DNA from: an uncultured Fibrobacteraceae bacterium
GTDB lineage: Bacteria; Krumholzibacteriota; Krumholzibacteriia; LZORAL124-64-63
Direction of reading: 5' to 3'
Length of the DNA: 33,479 bases
Assembly: GCA_964547085.1 (NCBI GenBank)
Contig: CAZJMO010000002.1
Span: forward strand, 345 to 33,823
This document shows, piece after piece, positions 16,836 through 25,426 of the stretch (position 1 is the first letter of the stretch; the number at the start of each line of letters is the position of its first letter). Position numbers and translations under genes: made by a program. The notes under the pieces were generated by a model. The model searched no databases. It was not told where the DNA came from and saw only the letters and a program-made list of their open reading frames with translations.

Positions 16836-19800
16836 ATGAAGACATGGTCGGCGTGCCTCTGGACTTGCCTCTTGCTCGCCTGGACCTTGCCTGCCACGGC
16901 GATCGTTCCAGCCGCGGGATGGGATCCCTGGTCCCAGGCTCTCGACAAGGCTGCTGATCCGGTCGCCCTGTCCGACATCATGGCTCGGTTGCAGGTCCAG
17001 GCCCGACCCCTGCTGACGGACTGCTCGCGTGCGGTGCAACGGGCCCGCATCGACGGCCTGAAGGCGCCCGGATCCCTGGCGGCCGTCGCGATTCTGGTCG
17101 ATTTCGCCGACACATGCTTCTACGGCCGCGAGGACGAGTTCACGGGGCCGCTGCCCACGTCCGGCCAGAGCGACTTCTACTACGCGGCGCACGACGCCCT
17201 CTACTACGACCACCTCCTGCACGACGTCGGTGATTTCTTCGACGCCGCCAGCGCGGGGCGTTTCGACCTGGATTACGCCGTGCACCCGACGATCCTCGGA
17301 CTCGACGAGGGCATGGCGCATTACGGCAACCATCCCGAGAACGGTGAGCAGTCCGTGCTGCTGGCCGCCGACGCGATCGCCCGGCTGGACGCTGAGATCG
17401 ACTTCTCGCTCTATGACACCGTGCTGCTGATCCACGCCGGAGCCGGCGAGGAAACCGATGTCCTCGACGACTCGCCCGAGCAGATCTACAGCACGTACCT
17501 CGGGCCGGAGGACTTCGTCACCGCGATGGAGGATTCGATCCTCGACCAGCCGTACATCCCGACCGACGACTTCCCTGTCGGCGAGGGCGTACGGCACGTG
17601 CTGATCCTGCCGGAGATCCAGTTCCAGGACGCCTTCCCGGGCTTCAGCGGGAAATACGGTTCGCTCGGCACGTACTGCTTCGAGGTCGGGCTGCGGTTGG
17701 GGATGCTGTCGCTCACGGACTTCACGCCGTCCGGATCGCCGGACAGCCAGGGGATCGGACAGTTCGGGCTCATGGGCTACGGTCTGTTCACGGCCGGCGG
17801 ATTCATTCCGCCCCAGCCGTGCGCCTTCAACAAGCTGCTCATGGGGTGGCTCGACCCGCAGCCGGTGGACCCGGCGTCGGCAGCGACGTGGACACTGCAT
17901 CCGTCCGAGTTCCCCGACCACCCCGAGGCGGCCGCCCGCGTGGACCTCACCGGCTCCGAGTACTTCCTGCTCGAGTACCGGCTGCAGGATCCCGACGGCA
18001 ACGTCATCTTCAGCTTCGACGGCGATCTCAACGGGAACAATACGCCAGATTTCTACGACACCAGCAACGCCGAGAACGGCGGCCGACCGGCCGGTTTCTT
18101 CGACCCCGCCGAGGACATCCGCGAGTGGCTCACCGGAGCCGAGTGGGACTTCTTCGTCAGTGACAACGATGCGCGCGAGGACGGCGTCAAGGGGGCCGGC
18201 AGCGGGCTCTACGTCTGGCACATCGACGAGGGCGTGATCCGAGACGCCTTCGCCCAGGAACGCAACGTCTTCAACGCCGATCCGTCCCGGAAGTCGGTGG
18301 ACCTGGAGGAGGCCGACGGCATTCAGGATCTCGACACCCGCGAGCCGTCGCTGTTCTGGCTCGGTGGCGACGACGACAGTTTCCGCGCCGAGGACAACGC
18401 CGTCTTCGGACCGGACACGCGGCCGGACACACGCACCAACGGCGGCGTCCGCACCGGACTGGTGCTCGACGAGATCAGCGCCGTGGTGGTGGACTCGGTC
18501 CATGTCTTCGACGCCGGGACGCCGGACGAGCGCACCGGGATCCGCTACGCCGAGACCATGACGTTTCGTTGCCGCCGCGACACGGACCCGTTCGGCGTGG
18601 CCATCCGGACGGCGTCACGCGATCTGTCCGGCGTGGATCTGACCGGCAGCCATCTGTTGGCGGCCCCGCTGGCCGGCGGCGCCCAGAGCGAGCAGGTGAT
18701 CGTGGCCGCGGCCGATTCGGGGCGCGTCTACGCCCTCGATTTCGACCTGCTGGAGTGGGTCGACCACGACGGCGACCCCGCGACCGTGGAACCGTTGACC
18801 GTCGGCACCGATGACGCCGGCGCGCCTGTGACGTGGTTCCTGCCGGGCTGCGCAGGACCGGTGGGCACGGACGATGCGGGCCTCGAGATCGTGCTGAGCT
18901 CGCCGTCGGGCGTCTACGCCTTCGACCAGATCGGGGCGCCGCTCGCCGAGGGGCCGGGCGGCACGGCGCGCGGCCGCATCGCCGACGTGACGGCCGTATC
19001 GGCGCCGATTCTGTTGCCGTGGGGCAGCGGCGAGGCGGATCTGGATCCCGCGGTCATCTGCGTCGGCACAGTGAACACCGAAGTGGTCGGAGCCCCGACC
19101 ATGCTGCGATTCCTCGACGCGACCGGCGCCGAGGTCCATCCCGCCGTGAGCCTGGGTGGTGCGATCCAGGGCACGCCCGTCCGCCTGGACCGGATGCTCT
19201 ACGTGCCGGTCATCGCGCCGAACGCCACGGGTGCCCTGGCGGCCGTCACCTGTTTGCAGGTGGGCGACCCCGCGCTGGCATGGTCGGTGCCGCTCGATCT
19301 GTTGCCGGCCGACGTGCCGCCGCTGGTCACCGCGAACGCCGTGGTTGTCCGGGATGTCGACGGCAGGGCGCAGACCGTTTCGATCACGGGTGTGGATCCG
19401 GTCGTGGAACCGCTCTGGCCGGCGGACATCGTGGTCGGGACCGCCATGGGGCCGGGAGGGACATTCATCGGGAACGGCCGGTTCGGGCGCAGTGGCCCCG
19501 AGGCGGCCTGGCTGCTGGGCTGGCCGCGTCGCCCGTTGCCGGCGATCCAGGTCGGACAGGCGCAACCGCTCGCGCTGGGGTTGGATACGGCGCCGACTGG
19601 TTTCCTCTTCGCGAGCCGCGACGGTCGCCTGTTCCTGTGCGGGGCGGACGGTGCGGTGCGCCCCGGCTGGCCCATCGCCGGGCCCGCCGATGCGATGGCG
19701 ACTCCGGTGCTGGTCGAGCCGTGGGATTCGGTCGAGGGGCTGGCGACGCTCATGCTCGCGGCGGCCGGCACCACCCCGGTCGTCACCGGTGTCGACGCCG

Positions 19801-20231
19801 ATGCGGAGGCGTTGCAGACGCGCGCGGTGGCTCACCTCCAGGTGTTCCAGATCGGCGTTCCGTCGGAGTATTCGTTGGCCAGGGGCGCGTCCATGTACGG
19901 TGGCGGTCCTTGGCGGGGGGCGGTCGGCATATACGACGGGACCGCGCCGGCGGACGACGTGTCGCTGGAAGACACCCACGTCTGCTATCCTCAGCCGCTG
20001 ACCGACGCGGAACTGCACGTGCGCGGACGGGCGCCGGAGACGGGGGGCGCCAGAGTCGTGGTCGTCAATCTCCAGGGCGAGGTCGTGCGGGATTCCGGGA
20101 CGCTCGCTGTCGACGGCGGCGCGGTGTTCGAGTTCGTCATCGATATGCGGGATGTCGCGTCCGGTGTTTATCTCTGCAAGCTGCAGGCCGGAGGTCGGAC
20201 GAGCGTGCAGACGATCGCCGTGGCGCACTAG
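16836..20231 (+). CDS. M6 (immune inhibitor A)-like domain protein lacking HExxH, with repeat region and T9SS C-terminal sorting domain
   Basis: The start is set at the internal Met with signal peptide MKTWSACLWTCLLLAWTLPATA and RBS GGAAGG. M6-like blocks are VLLIHAGAGEE, GIGQFGLMGYG, AFNKLLMGWL, LYVWHIDEG and VDLEEADG. The zinc site reads FEVGL instead of HExxH. The C-terminus (CYPQPL...VVVVNLQGEVV...ASGVYLCKLQAGGRTSVQTIAV) resembles a T9SS type A / FlgD-Ig-like sorting domain. Confidence 0.8.
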   Translation: MKTWSACLWTCLLLAWTLPATAIVPAAGWDPWSQALDKAADPVALSDIMARLQVQARPLLTDCSRAVQRARIDGLKAPGSLAAVAILVDFADTCFYGREDEFTGPLPTSGQSDFYYAAHDALYYDHLLHDVGDFFDAASAGRFDLDYAVHPTILGLDEGMAHYGNHPENGEQSVLLAADAIARLDAEIDFSLYDTVLLIHAGAGEETDVLDDSPEQIYSTYLGPEDFVTAMEDSILDQPYIPTDDFPVGEGVRHVLILPEIQFQDAFPGFSGKYGSLGTYCFEVGLRLGMLSLTDFTPSGSPDSQGIGQFGLMGYGLFTAGGFIPPQPCAFNKLLMGWLDPQPVDPASAATWTLHPSEFPDHPEAAARVDLTGSEYFLLEYRLQDPDGNVIFSFDGDLNGNNTPDFYDTSNAENGGRPAGFFDPAEDIREWLTGAEWDFFVSDNDAREDGVKGAGSGLYVWHIDEGVIRDAFAQERNVFNADPSRKSVDLEEADGIQDLDTREPSLFWLGGDDDSFRAEDNAVFGPDTRPDTRTNGGVRTGLVLDEISAVVVDSVHVFDAGTPDERTGIRYAETMTFRCRRDTDPFGVAIRTASRDLSGVDLTGSHLLAAPLAGGAQSEQVIVAAADSGRVYALDFDLLEWVDHDGDPATVEPLTVGTDDAGAPVTWFLPGCAGPVGTDDAGLEIVLSSPSGVYAFDQIGAPLAEGPGGTARGRIADVTAVSAPILLPWGSGEADLDPAVICVGTVNTEVVGAPTMLRFLDATGAEVHPAVSLGGAIQGTPVRLDRMLYVPVIAPNATGALAAVTCLQVGDPALAWSVPLDLLPADVPPLVTANAVVVRDVDGRAQTVSITGVDPVVEPLWPADIVVGTAMGPGGTFIGNGRFGRSGPEAAWLLGWPRRPLPAIQVGQAQPLALGLDTAPTGFLFASRDGRLFLCGADGAVRPGWPIAGPADAMATPVLVEPWDSVEGLATLMLAAAGTTPVVTGVDADAEALQTRAVAHLQVFQIGVPSEYSLARGASMYGGGPWRGAVGIYDGTAPADDVSLEDTHVCYPQPLTDAELHVRGRAPETGGARVVVVNLQGEVVRDSGTLAVDGGAVFEFVIDMRDVASGVYLCKLQAGGRTSVQTIAVAH

Positions 20232-20348
20232 GGTCCGGAACCGGGAGCCGTGCCGCTTGCCGACACGGCGCTCAGGAGCTAGAGTCAGGGACCGATAAGG
20301 GACGTTGCCGGGGACAGTCCGCGGTGACCGTGAGAGGAAAGGCTACCC

Positions 20349-21287
20349 ATGCGGAACAAGACCATCATCACGGGCGTCGCGCTGCTCGGCCTGCTCGCCC
20401 TGATCCTGCCCACCGCCGCTGCTGCCGGCGGCAGTCCCGGCGACGCCGGGTTGCTCTTCCTCCGCCTCGGCATGGGCGCCCGGGAAGCCGCGATGGGCGG
20501 CACCGGAGTGGCGTCCGCCGAAGGCGCTGCGGCGGCGTACTGGAACCCGTCGCGCCTGGCCTTCACGCCTCCGGGCACCGAAGTCCTGGTCCAGCAGCAA
20601 TCGTGGCTCGGCACGTTCGACTACACCGCCGCTGCGCTGGCCCACCACGGGGATTTCGGCGTCATCGGCCTGACCGTCGCGGGTTTCTTCTCCGAGGAGA
20701 TCGAGCGTTACGGCAGCGATGCGGTCGGCGTCTCCGAGGGCACGTTCTCGCCGTACGACCTGGCGTTCGGCGTGAGCTACTCGCGTGCCTTCGGCGAGGA
20801 GTTCGCCATCGGTGCGCAGGCCAAGCTCGTCTACGAGAAGATCGACATCTACAGCGGTTCGGTGGCGTTGTTCGACATCTTCGCCTCCTGGCGCCTGAAG
20901 CACCTGCCGGGAATCAGCCTGGGCGTCAGCGCGACCAACTTCGGCGGCCAGATGACCGTCAACGAGGAACCGTTCGACGCGCCGCAGACCGTCACCGTAG
21001 GCGGTGCCTGGACCATGCAGAACGGTCCGCTGGCCGACCGCGTCACCCTGGCGGCGGATGTCGGGTTCTACAACGACGCGAACGAGAAGGCGCATCTCGG
21101 CGGCGAATTCAAACTGGTGCCGGAACTGGCGCTGCGGCTGGGCTACAAGGTGAACTACGAGAAACAGGGTTTGACCGCGGGCGCGGGTTTCCGGCACGAG
21201 AACTTCGGGATCGGTTATGCCTATGAGGACATCACTGACGACGCCTTCGATCCCGGGCATCGGTTCTCGCTGGAGTTCTTCTTCTAG
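20349..21287 (+). CDS. PorV/PorQ-family outer-membrane beta-barrel protein
   Basis: It has a signal peptide. The N-terminal motif LLFLRLGMGAREAAMGGTGVASAEGAAAAYWNPSRLA is typical of PorV/PorQ-like proteins. Amphipathic beta strands alternate, and the C-terminus is aromatic (...LEFFF). Confidence 0.7.
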   Translation: MRNKTIITGVALLGLLALILPTAAAAGGSPGDAGLLFLRLGMGAREAAMGGTGVASAEGAAAAYWNPSRLAFTPPGTEVLVQQQSWLGTFDYTAAALAHHGDFGVIGLTVAGFFSEEIERYGSDAVGVSEGTFSPYDLAFGVSYSRAFGEEFAIGAQAKLVYEKIDIYSGSVALFDIFASWRLKHLPGISLGVSATNFGGQMTVNEEPFDAPQTVTVGGAWTMQNGPLADRVTLAADVGFYNDANEKAHLGGEFKLVPELALRLGYKVNYEKQGLTAGAGFRHENFGIGYAYEDITDDAFDPGHRFSLEFFF

Positions 21288-22108
21288 TCGGCCGCGACGA
21301 TCCTGGGTCGATCATCGGGCGGTTCGGAGCAATCCGGACCGCTCGTTTCGTCGTCGGGCAACGCGATCACCGGCAGCAGGGATCCGTCGCGCCAGACGCC
21401 GTAGTGGAGCGGATCGAGCCAGCCGCCGAGCGTGGTCAACCGCCGTCCGGCGTCCGTCGCCGTGAACGCGTGGTGGACGTGGCCCATGATCAGATGGTCC
21501 CAGGGCGGATCCTGCTGACGGGAGAGCCAGCGCTGTGCCTTGCTCTCGATGCCGGCGATTTCGTCGCGACGGCTCTCGCGGCTCGAACCGCTGAGCCACG
21601 AGCTGAGCGCGAACAGCAACTCCGGGTGCAGCGACTTGCCGAACATGACCCCGGCGGGATGACGCACGATCGACCGGAAGGTTCGATAAAGGAGATCCCG
21701 CGCCAGCAGACCGTCCCCGTGGACGCAGAAGACCCGCAAGCCATCCAGTTCGAGGGTCACCGGTCCGCCGCCGGAAGCCGTGCCGTAGCGCTCGTGGAAG
21801 TACCGCGCGGCCCAGATGTCGTGATTGCCACCGATGAAATGCAGCTGCGATCCCGACGCCCGGACGCGGTCCAGGACATCCAGGAGCGGCTCGTATCCCT
21901 TCATGACGAAGTGCGGGTAATCGAACCAGAAATCGACGATGTCGCCGAGAAGAACCACATGCGGCACGCCGGCGTATCGGTCGAGAAGCGACACGAATCG
22001 CGAGAGGCGCGACTCCTCGGCCGGGGAGCGGTGCACATGGAAGTGGCTGTCGGTCACGAAGAGGGCGCGGGCGCCTGCGTCATTGTGGTTGCTATTCATG
22101 GTGCCCAA
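21284..22108 (-). CDS. lpxH: UDP-2,3-diacylglucosamine diphosphatase-like metallophosphoesterase
   Basis: Calcineurin-like motifs appear in LpxH order: FVTDSHFH, VVLLGDIVDFW, FIGGNHD, VHGD, IMGHVHH. The length is ~270 aa. Confidence 0.65.
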   Translation of the reverse strand: MGTMNSNHNDAGARALFVTDSHFHVHRSPAEESRLSRFVSLLDRYAGVPHVVLLGDIVDFWFDYPHFVMKGYEPLLDVLDRVRASGSQLHFIGGNHDIWAARYFHERYGTASGGGPVTLELDGLRVFCVHGDGLLARDLLYRTFRSIVRHPAGVMFGKSLHPELLFALSSWLSGSSRESRRDEIAGIESKAQRWLSRQQDPPWDHLIMGHVHHAFTATDAGRRLTTLGGWLDPLHYGVWRDGSLLPVIALPDDETSGPDCSEPPDDRPRIVAAD

Positions 22109-22170
22109 TTTGTAATTTAGGGGCCTGCTGAGGGCAACCCGTTTCCTGATTACGCGGAAGGAAAAACGGC

Positions 22171-22695
22171 ATGTCGATCATGGACCAGGTGAAGCAGAAC
22201 TTGCGTGAGTGGTACTCACTGGCTGCGGACCGGACCGGCGAGATGGCCAAGATCAGCGTCAGGATGTACGACAAGTACGGGATCAGCCGCGAGATCGAGC
22301 GACAGCTCTCAGAACTTGGCAGCTATGTCTATCACGCCGTGGAGCAGGGGCGGACGGACTTCGGCGGCGATCAGGAGTTCCAGGCATGGATCGACCGAAT
22401 CCACGAACTGGACCGGGATCTGGCGGAGAAGGTCGAGGAGATCGAGAAGATCCGTCAGATGCGGCAGCAGAAGCAGGCGGCCCGCGATCAACAGGATCCG
22501 GCCGCGGCCGACACCGCCGACGACCCCGACGACGCTGAGCTTCTCGAGACCCGTGAGGTCGACCAGACCCCGGCCGGAGAGCCCATCGAGACGCCGGCGG
22601 ACGACGTGGATCCGGGACCGTCCTCCGAGGCGCCGGAGGTGCAACCCGCCGAGGATCCCGAGAATGAGGATGAGAACAGCCGAACTGGACATTAA
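22171..22695 (+). CDS. Hypothetical protein: coiled-coil N-terminal half, strongly acidic Pro/Asp/Glu-rich C-terminal half
   Basis: It has good GC3 bias and an upstream RBS (GGAAGGAAAAACGGCATG). I recognise no family. Confidence 0.55.
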   Translation: MSIMDQVKQNLREWYSLAADRTGEMAKISVRMYDKYGISREIERQLSELGSYVYHAVEQGRTDFGGDQEFQAWIDRIHELDRDLAEKVEEIEKIRQMRQQKQAARDQQDPAAADTADDPDDAELLETREVDQTPAGEPIETPADDVDPGPSSEAPEVQPAEDPENEDENSRTGH

Positions 22696-22713
22696 TTTGT
22701 TCTTTAAACGTTG

Positions 22714-22742
22714 TTGACAGTCTTCTCGTACACGGCTATGCT
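22714..22742 (+). promoter_or_regulatory. Candidate sigma-70-type promoter (TTGACA-17 nt-TATGCT) upstream of htrA
   Basis: The -35 TTGACA (22714-22719) matches consensus and the -10 is TATGCT (22737-22742), with a 17-nt spacer. An AT-rich stretch lies upstream. Confidence 0.5.
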
Positions 22743-22825
22743 GTTTTTGTCCCTGCCGAGGCGACCGTCCCTGCCGCCTCACCCCTGTCGGATTTGTCCC
22801 CCACATAATACCGGGATCGGTGTGT

Positions 22826-24274
22826 ATGCGTGTACGTCCGTACCATGACGTTCGCTCGCATCCGGTGGGCTTTCAGGGGCGCTCCGGCGCCTGGCTGTGT
22901 GCGCTGTTGTTGCTGCTGTCGATCCCGGCTGTCGGTGATCCCGTGACCGTCAATGCGGCGTTGCCGCGTTCACCCTTCGTGGCCGTGGGGCACGCCGTTC
23001 GCCCGGCGGTGGTCTCGATCCGGATCACGCGGGTCGTGGGCGCCGGCGGACTGGACCGCACTCCGCTGCAGGAGATGTATCGCCAGTTCTTCCCCGATCG
23101 CGAGGGCGAGGGCGGCCGGTTCGAGAACCCCGGCACCGGATCGGGATTCGTGATCGATCCGCGCGGCGAAATCCTTACGAACCACCACGTGATCGCGGGC
23201 GCCGACCGCATCTTCGTGCGATTCCCGGGTGAGAATCGCGAATATTCCGCGGAACTGGCCGGATCCGACCCGCTGACCGACCTCGCCTTGCTACGTATCG
23301 ATCCCGGGGACCGGACGCTGCCTTATCTCGCCTTCGGCGCGTCGGACGACCTCGAGGTGGGCGACTGGGTGGTCGCGGTCGGCAATCCGTTCGGAAATCT
23401 CGAGGGTTCGATGACGGTGGGGATCCTGAGCGCCAAGGGCCGTGGTGACCTGAACATCCAGGGCCTCACGCCGCGCTACCAGGATTTCCTGCAAACCGAT
23501 GCCAGCATCAACTTCGGCAACAGCGGCGGTCCGCTGGTCGATGTCCACGGCCGGGTCGTGGGCGTGAATACGGCGATCAATTCGGCCGGGCAGGGGATCG
23601 GTTTCGCGGTTCCCAGCCGGCTGGTCCAACGCATCCTGGCGCAGCTCGCCCGCGACGGCCGCGTAACGCGGGGCTGGCTCGGCGCCGCCGCCCACGATGT
23701 CGACGGCATGGTTCTGCTCGGGCGTATCGTGCCCGAATCGCCGGCCGCCGACGCCGGTCTCGCCGAGGGCGACCGCGTGCGTGTCTTCGCCGGCGAGCCG
23801 GTGCAGACGCAACGGCAGCTTCAGTTCCTGGTGGCCGAGAGTCCTGTCGGCGAGCCGCTGACCTGTCTCGTCGAGCGGGACGGGGCCGAGACCTCGGTGA
23901 CCGTGACATTGACCGAATTGGATCAAAAGCGACTGGACGAGGCCGGCGGCGGCGCCTGGCTCGGCCTCGAGGTCGCGAATCTCGAGGGCGCGGATCCCCG
24001 CGTCGAACGCCTGAGGTCGACCTTGGGCATCGAATCCGTCGACGGCCTGATTGTCGTGGCGGTTGAGATCGGGCGTCCCGGAGCCGCGGCCGGTATCCGG
24101 CCCGGGGACGTTCTGGTCGCCATAGAAGATAGGGATCTCCCGGATCTGGCTGCCTGGAAGGCCGCCAGGATTGCGCTTCGAGGGCAACGGGATTCCCTGA
24201 ACCTGATGGTCCGTACGGGGACGACCGAACGGTTCGTCCGGGTGACGCCCCGCGATGCGGGGACCCTGCAGTGA
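22826..24274 (+). CDS. htrA: HtrA/DegP-family periplasmic serine endoprotease with two PDZ domains
   Basis: The catalytic triad context is TNHHVI (His), DLALLRI (Asp) and GNSGGPLVD (Ser). Two PDZ-like segments are present (PAADAGLAEGDRV; GAAAGIRPGDVLVAI). A GTG at 22820 is an alternative start. Confidence 0.85.
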   Translation: MRVRPYHDVRSHPVGFQGRSGAWLCALLLLLSIPAVGDPVTVNAALPRSPFVAVGHAVRPAVVSIRITRVVGAGGLDRTPLQEMYRQFFPDREGEGGRFENPGTGSGFVIDPRGEILTNHHVIAGADRIFVRFPGENREYSAELAGSDPLTDLALLRIDPGDRTLPYLAFGASDDLEVGDWVVAVGNPFGNLEGSMTVGILSAKGRGDLNIQGLTPRYQDFLQTDASINFGNSGGPLVDVHGRVVGVNTAINSAGQGIGFAVPSRLVQRILAQLARDGRVTRGWLGAAAHDVDGMVLLGRIVPESPAADAGLAEGDRVRVFAGEPVQTQRQLQFLVAESPVGEPLTCLVERDGAETSVTVTLTELDQKRLDEAGGGAWLGLEVANLEGADPRVERLRSTLGIESVDGLIVVAVEIGRPGAAAGIRPGDVLVAIEDRDLPDLAAWKAARIALRGQRDSLNLMVRTGTTERFVRVTPRDAGTLQ

Positions 24275-24326
24275 TGTCATCACCGTGACGGGCCGACCAG
24301 GCCCCACGTAGCCGGGAGAGAAACAC

Positions 24327-25193
24327 ATGGCCAGCCGCAGACACATGTTCCCCGCGACCCACGAGAAGGGGTTGGAAGTCTACTTTCGAGACATCAACCG
24401 CTACCCGCTCCTGAGCCGGGAGGAGGAAGGCATTCTGGCCGTCCGGATCCGCAACGGCGAGGAGGAGGCTCTCTGCCACCTCGTGCGGGCCAACCTGCGT
24501 TTCGTGGTGTCGGTGGCCAAGAGGTATGCCGGCCAGGGGCTGCAGCTTTCCGACCTCATCAACGAGGGCAACCTGGGGCTCCTGAAGGCGGCCCGCCGGT
24601 TCGACGAGGGACGCGGCTACCGGTTCATTTCCTATGCTGTGTGGTGGATCCGCCAGGCGATCATGCAGGCCCTGCTCGACAAGTCGCGCACGGTGCGGCT
24701 GCCGCAGAACCAGACGGCCCTGCTCATCAAGATCAACCGGACCCGCTCCGCGCTGCAGGGCGAAGGGGTGCCGAACCCGGATCCGCACCAGATCGCGCAA
24801 CGGCTCGAGGTGGATGAGGCCGATGTCCGACACGCCATCACCTCCGACCGCGTGGAACTGGGGCTGGACGACACCGGCAGCGACGGCGACGAACGGCCGT
24901 TGCGGGAGACGCTGGCCGACCAGGACCAGCGGGCGCCGGATTACGATGTCCTGATGCGCGGCCTCCGCGAGGACGTGCGGCGGGCGCTGTCGGTCCTCAC
25001 CCAGCGTGAGGCGCAGGTGGTTATCCAGTACTTCGGCCTCAGTTTCGAGGATGCCCAGACGTTGCAGACCATCGGCCACCGCCTCGGACTGACCCGCGAG
25101 CGGATTCGTCAGATCAAGGAGCGGGCGCTGTTGAAGATGCGCGGGACGGTCGGCAAGGAGCTGCTATTCGATTACTACCAGGGCGAGTTGTAG
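24327..25193 (+). CDS. rpoD: RpoD/SigA-family sigma-70 factor (short form lacking region 1.1)
   Basis: Region 2 is NLRFVVSVAKRYAGQGLQLSDLINEGNLGLLKAARRFDEGRGYRFISYAVWWIRQAI. Region 4 is LGLTRERIRQIKERALLKMR. At 288 aa it resembles the short primary sigma of FCB-group bacteria, which is inference. Confidence 0.8.
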   Translation: MASRRHMFPATHEKGLEVYFRDINRYPLLSREEEGILAVRIRNGEEEALCHLVRANLRFVVSVAKRYAGQGLQLSDLINEGNLGLLKAARRFDEGRGYRFISYAVWWIRQAIMQALLDKSRTVRLPQNQTALLIKINRTRSALQGEGVPNPDPHQIAQRLEVDEADVRHAITSDRVELGLDDTGSDGDERPLRETLADQDQRAPDYDVLMRGLREDVRRALSVLTQREAQVVIQYFGLSFEDAQTLQTIGHRLGLTRERIRQIKERALLKMRGTVGKELLFDYYQGEL

Positions 25194-25205
25194 GCTTGCG
25201 CGGTG

Positions 25206-25240
25206 TCGGGCCGTGTCTCGATTGGTGCGAGACGGCCCGA
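25206..25240 (+). terminator. Stem-loop after the sigma-factor gene (possible terminator)
   Basis: TCGGGCCGT(GT)CTCG pairs with CGAGACGGCCCGA (13 bp with a 2-nt bulge) around a 7-nt loop. No T-run follows immediately. Confidence 0.35.
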
Positions 25241-25426
25241 TGGTGGCCTCCCTGGCGTATTTCTTGCTTATGACGTATCGTTCCCGTCTCGTTGCGGTGG
25301 TTTGCACGCCGCCACACGTGCGCAGTTGACACGGGGAATCCGAGCCGCCATGCTGGGATTGCCCGTATGGACAATGATGAGCGCCAGCATCGTGCGCCGC
25401 GTAACAGAGGTCACGGCAAGGTCGGC

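Noticed and set aside
18833-21226. A 797-aa + strand ORF spans the 3' half of the M6-like gene and the PorV-like gene.
   Set aside because: The translation is an Arg/Gly/Pro-rich off-frame product with no motifs. It overlaps two genes that have clear homology signatures, signal peptides and RBSs. This is a typical GC-driven shadow ORF.
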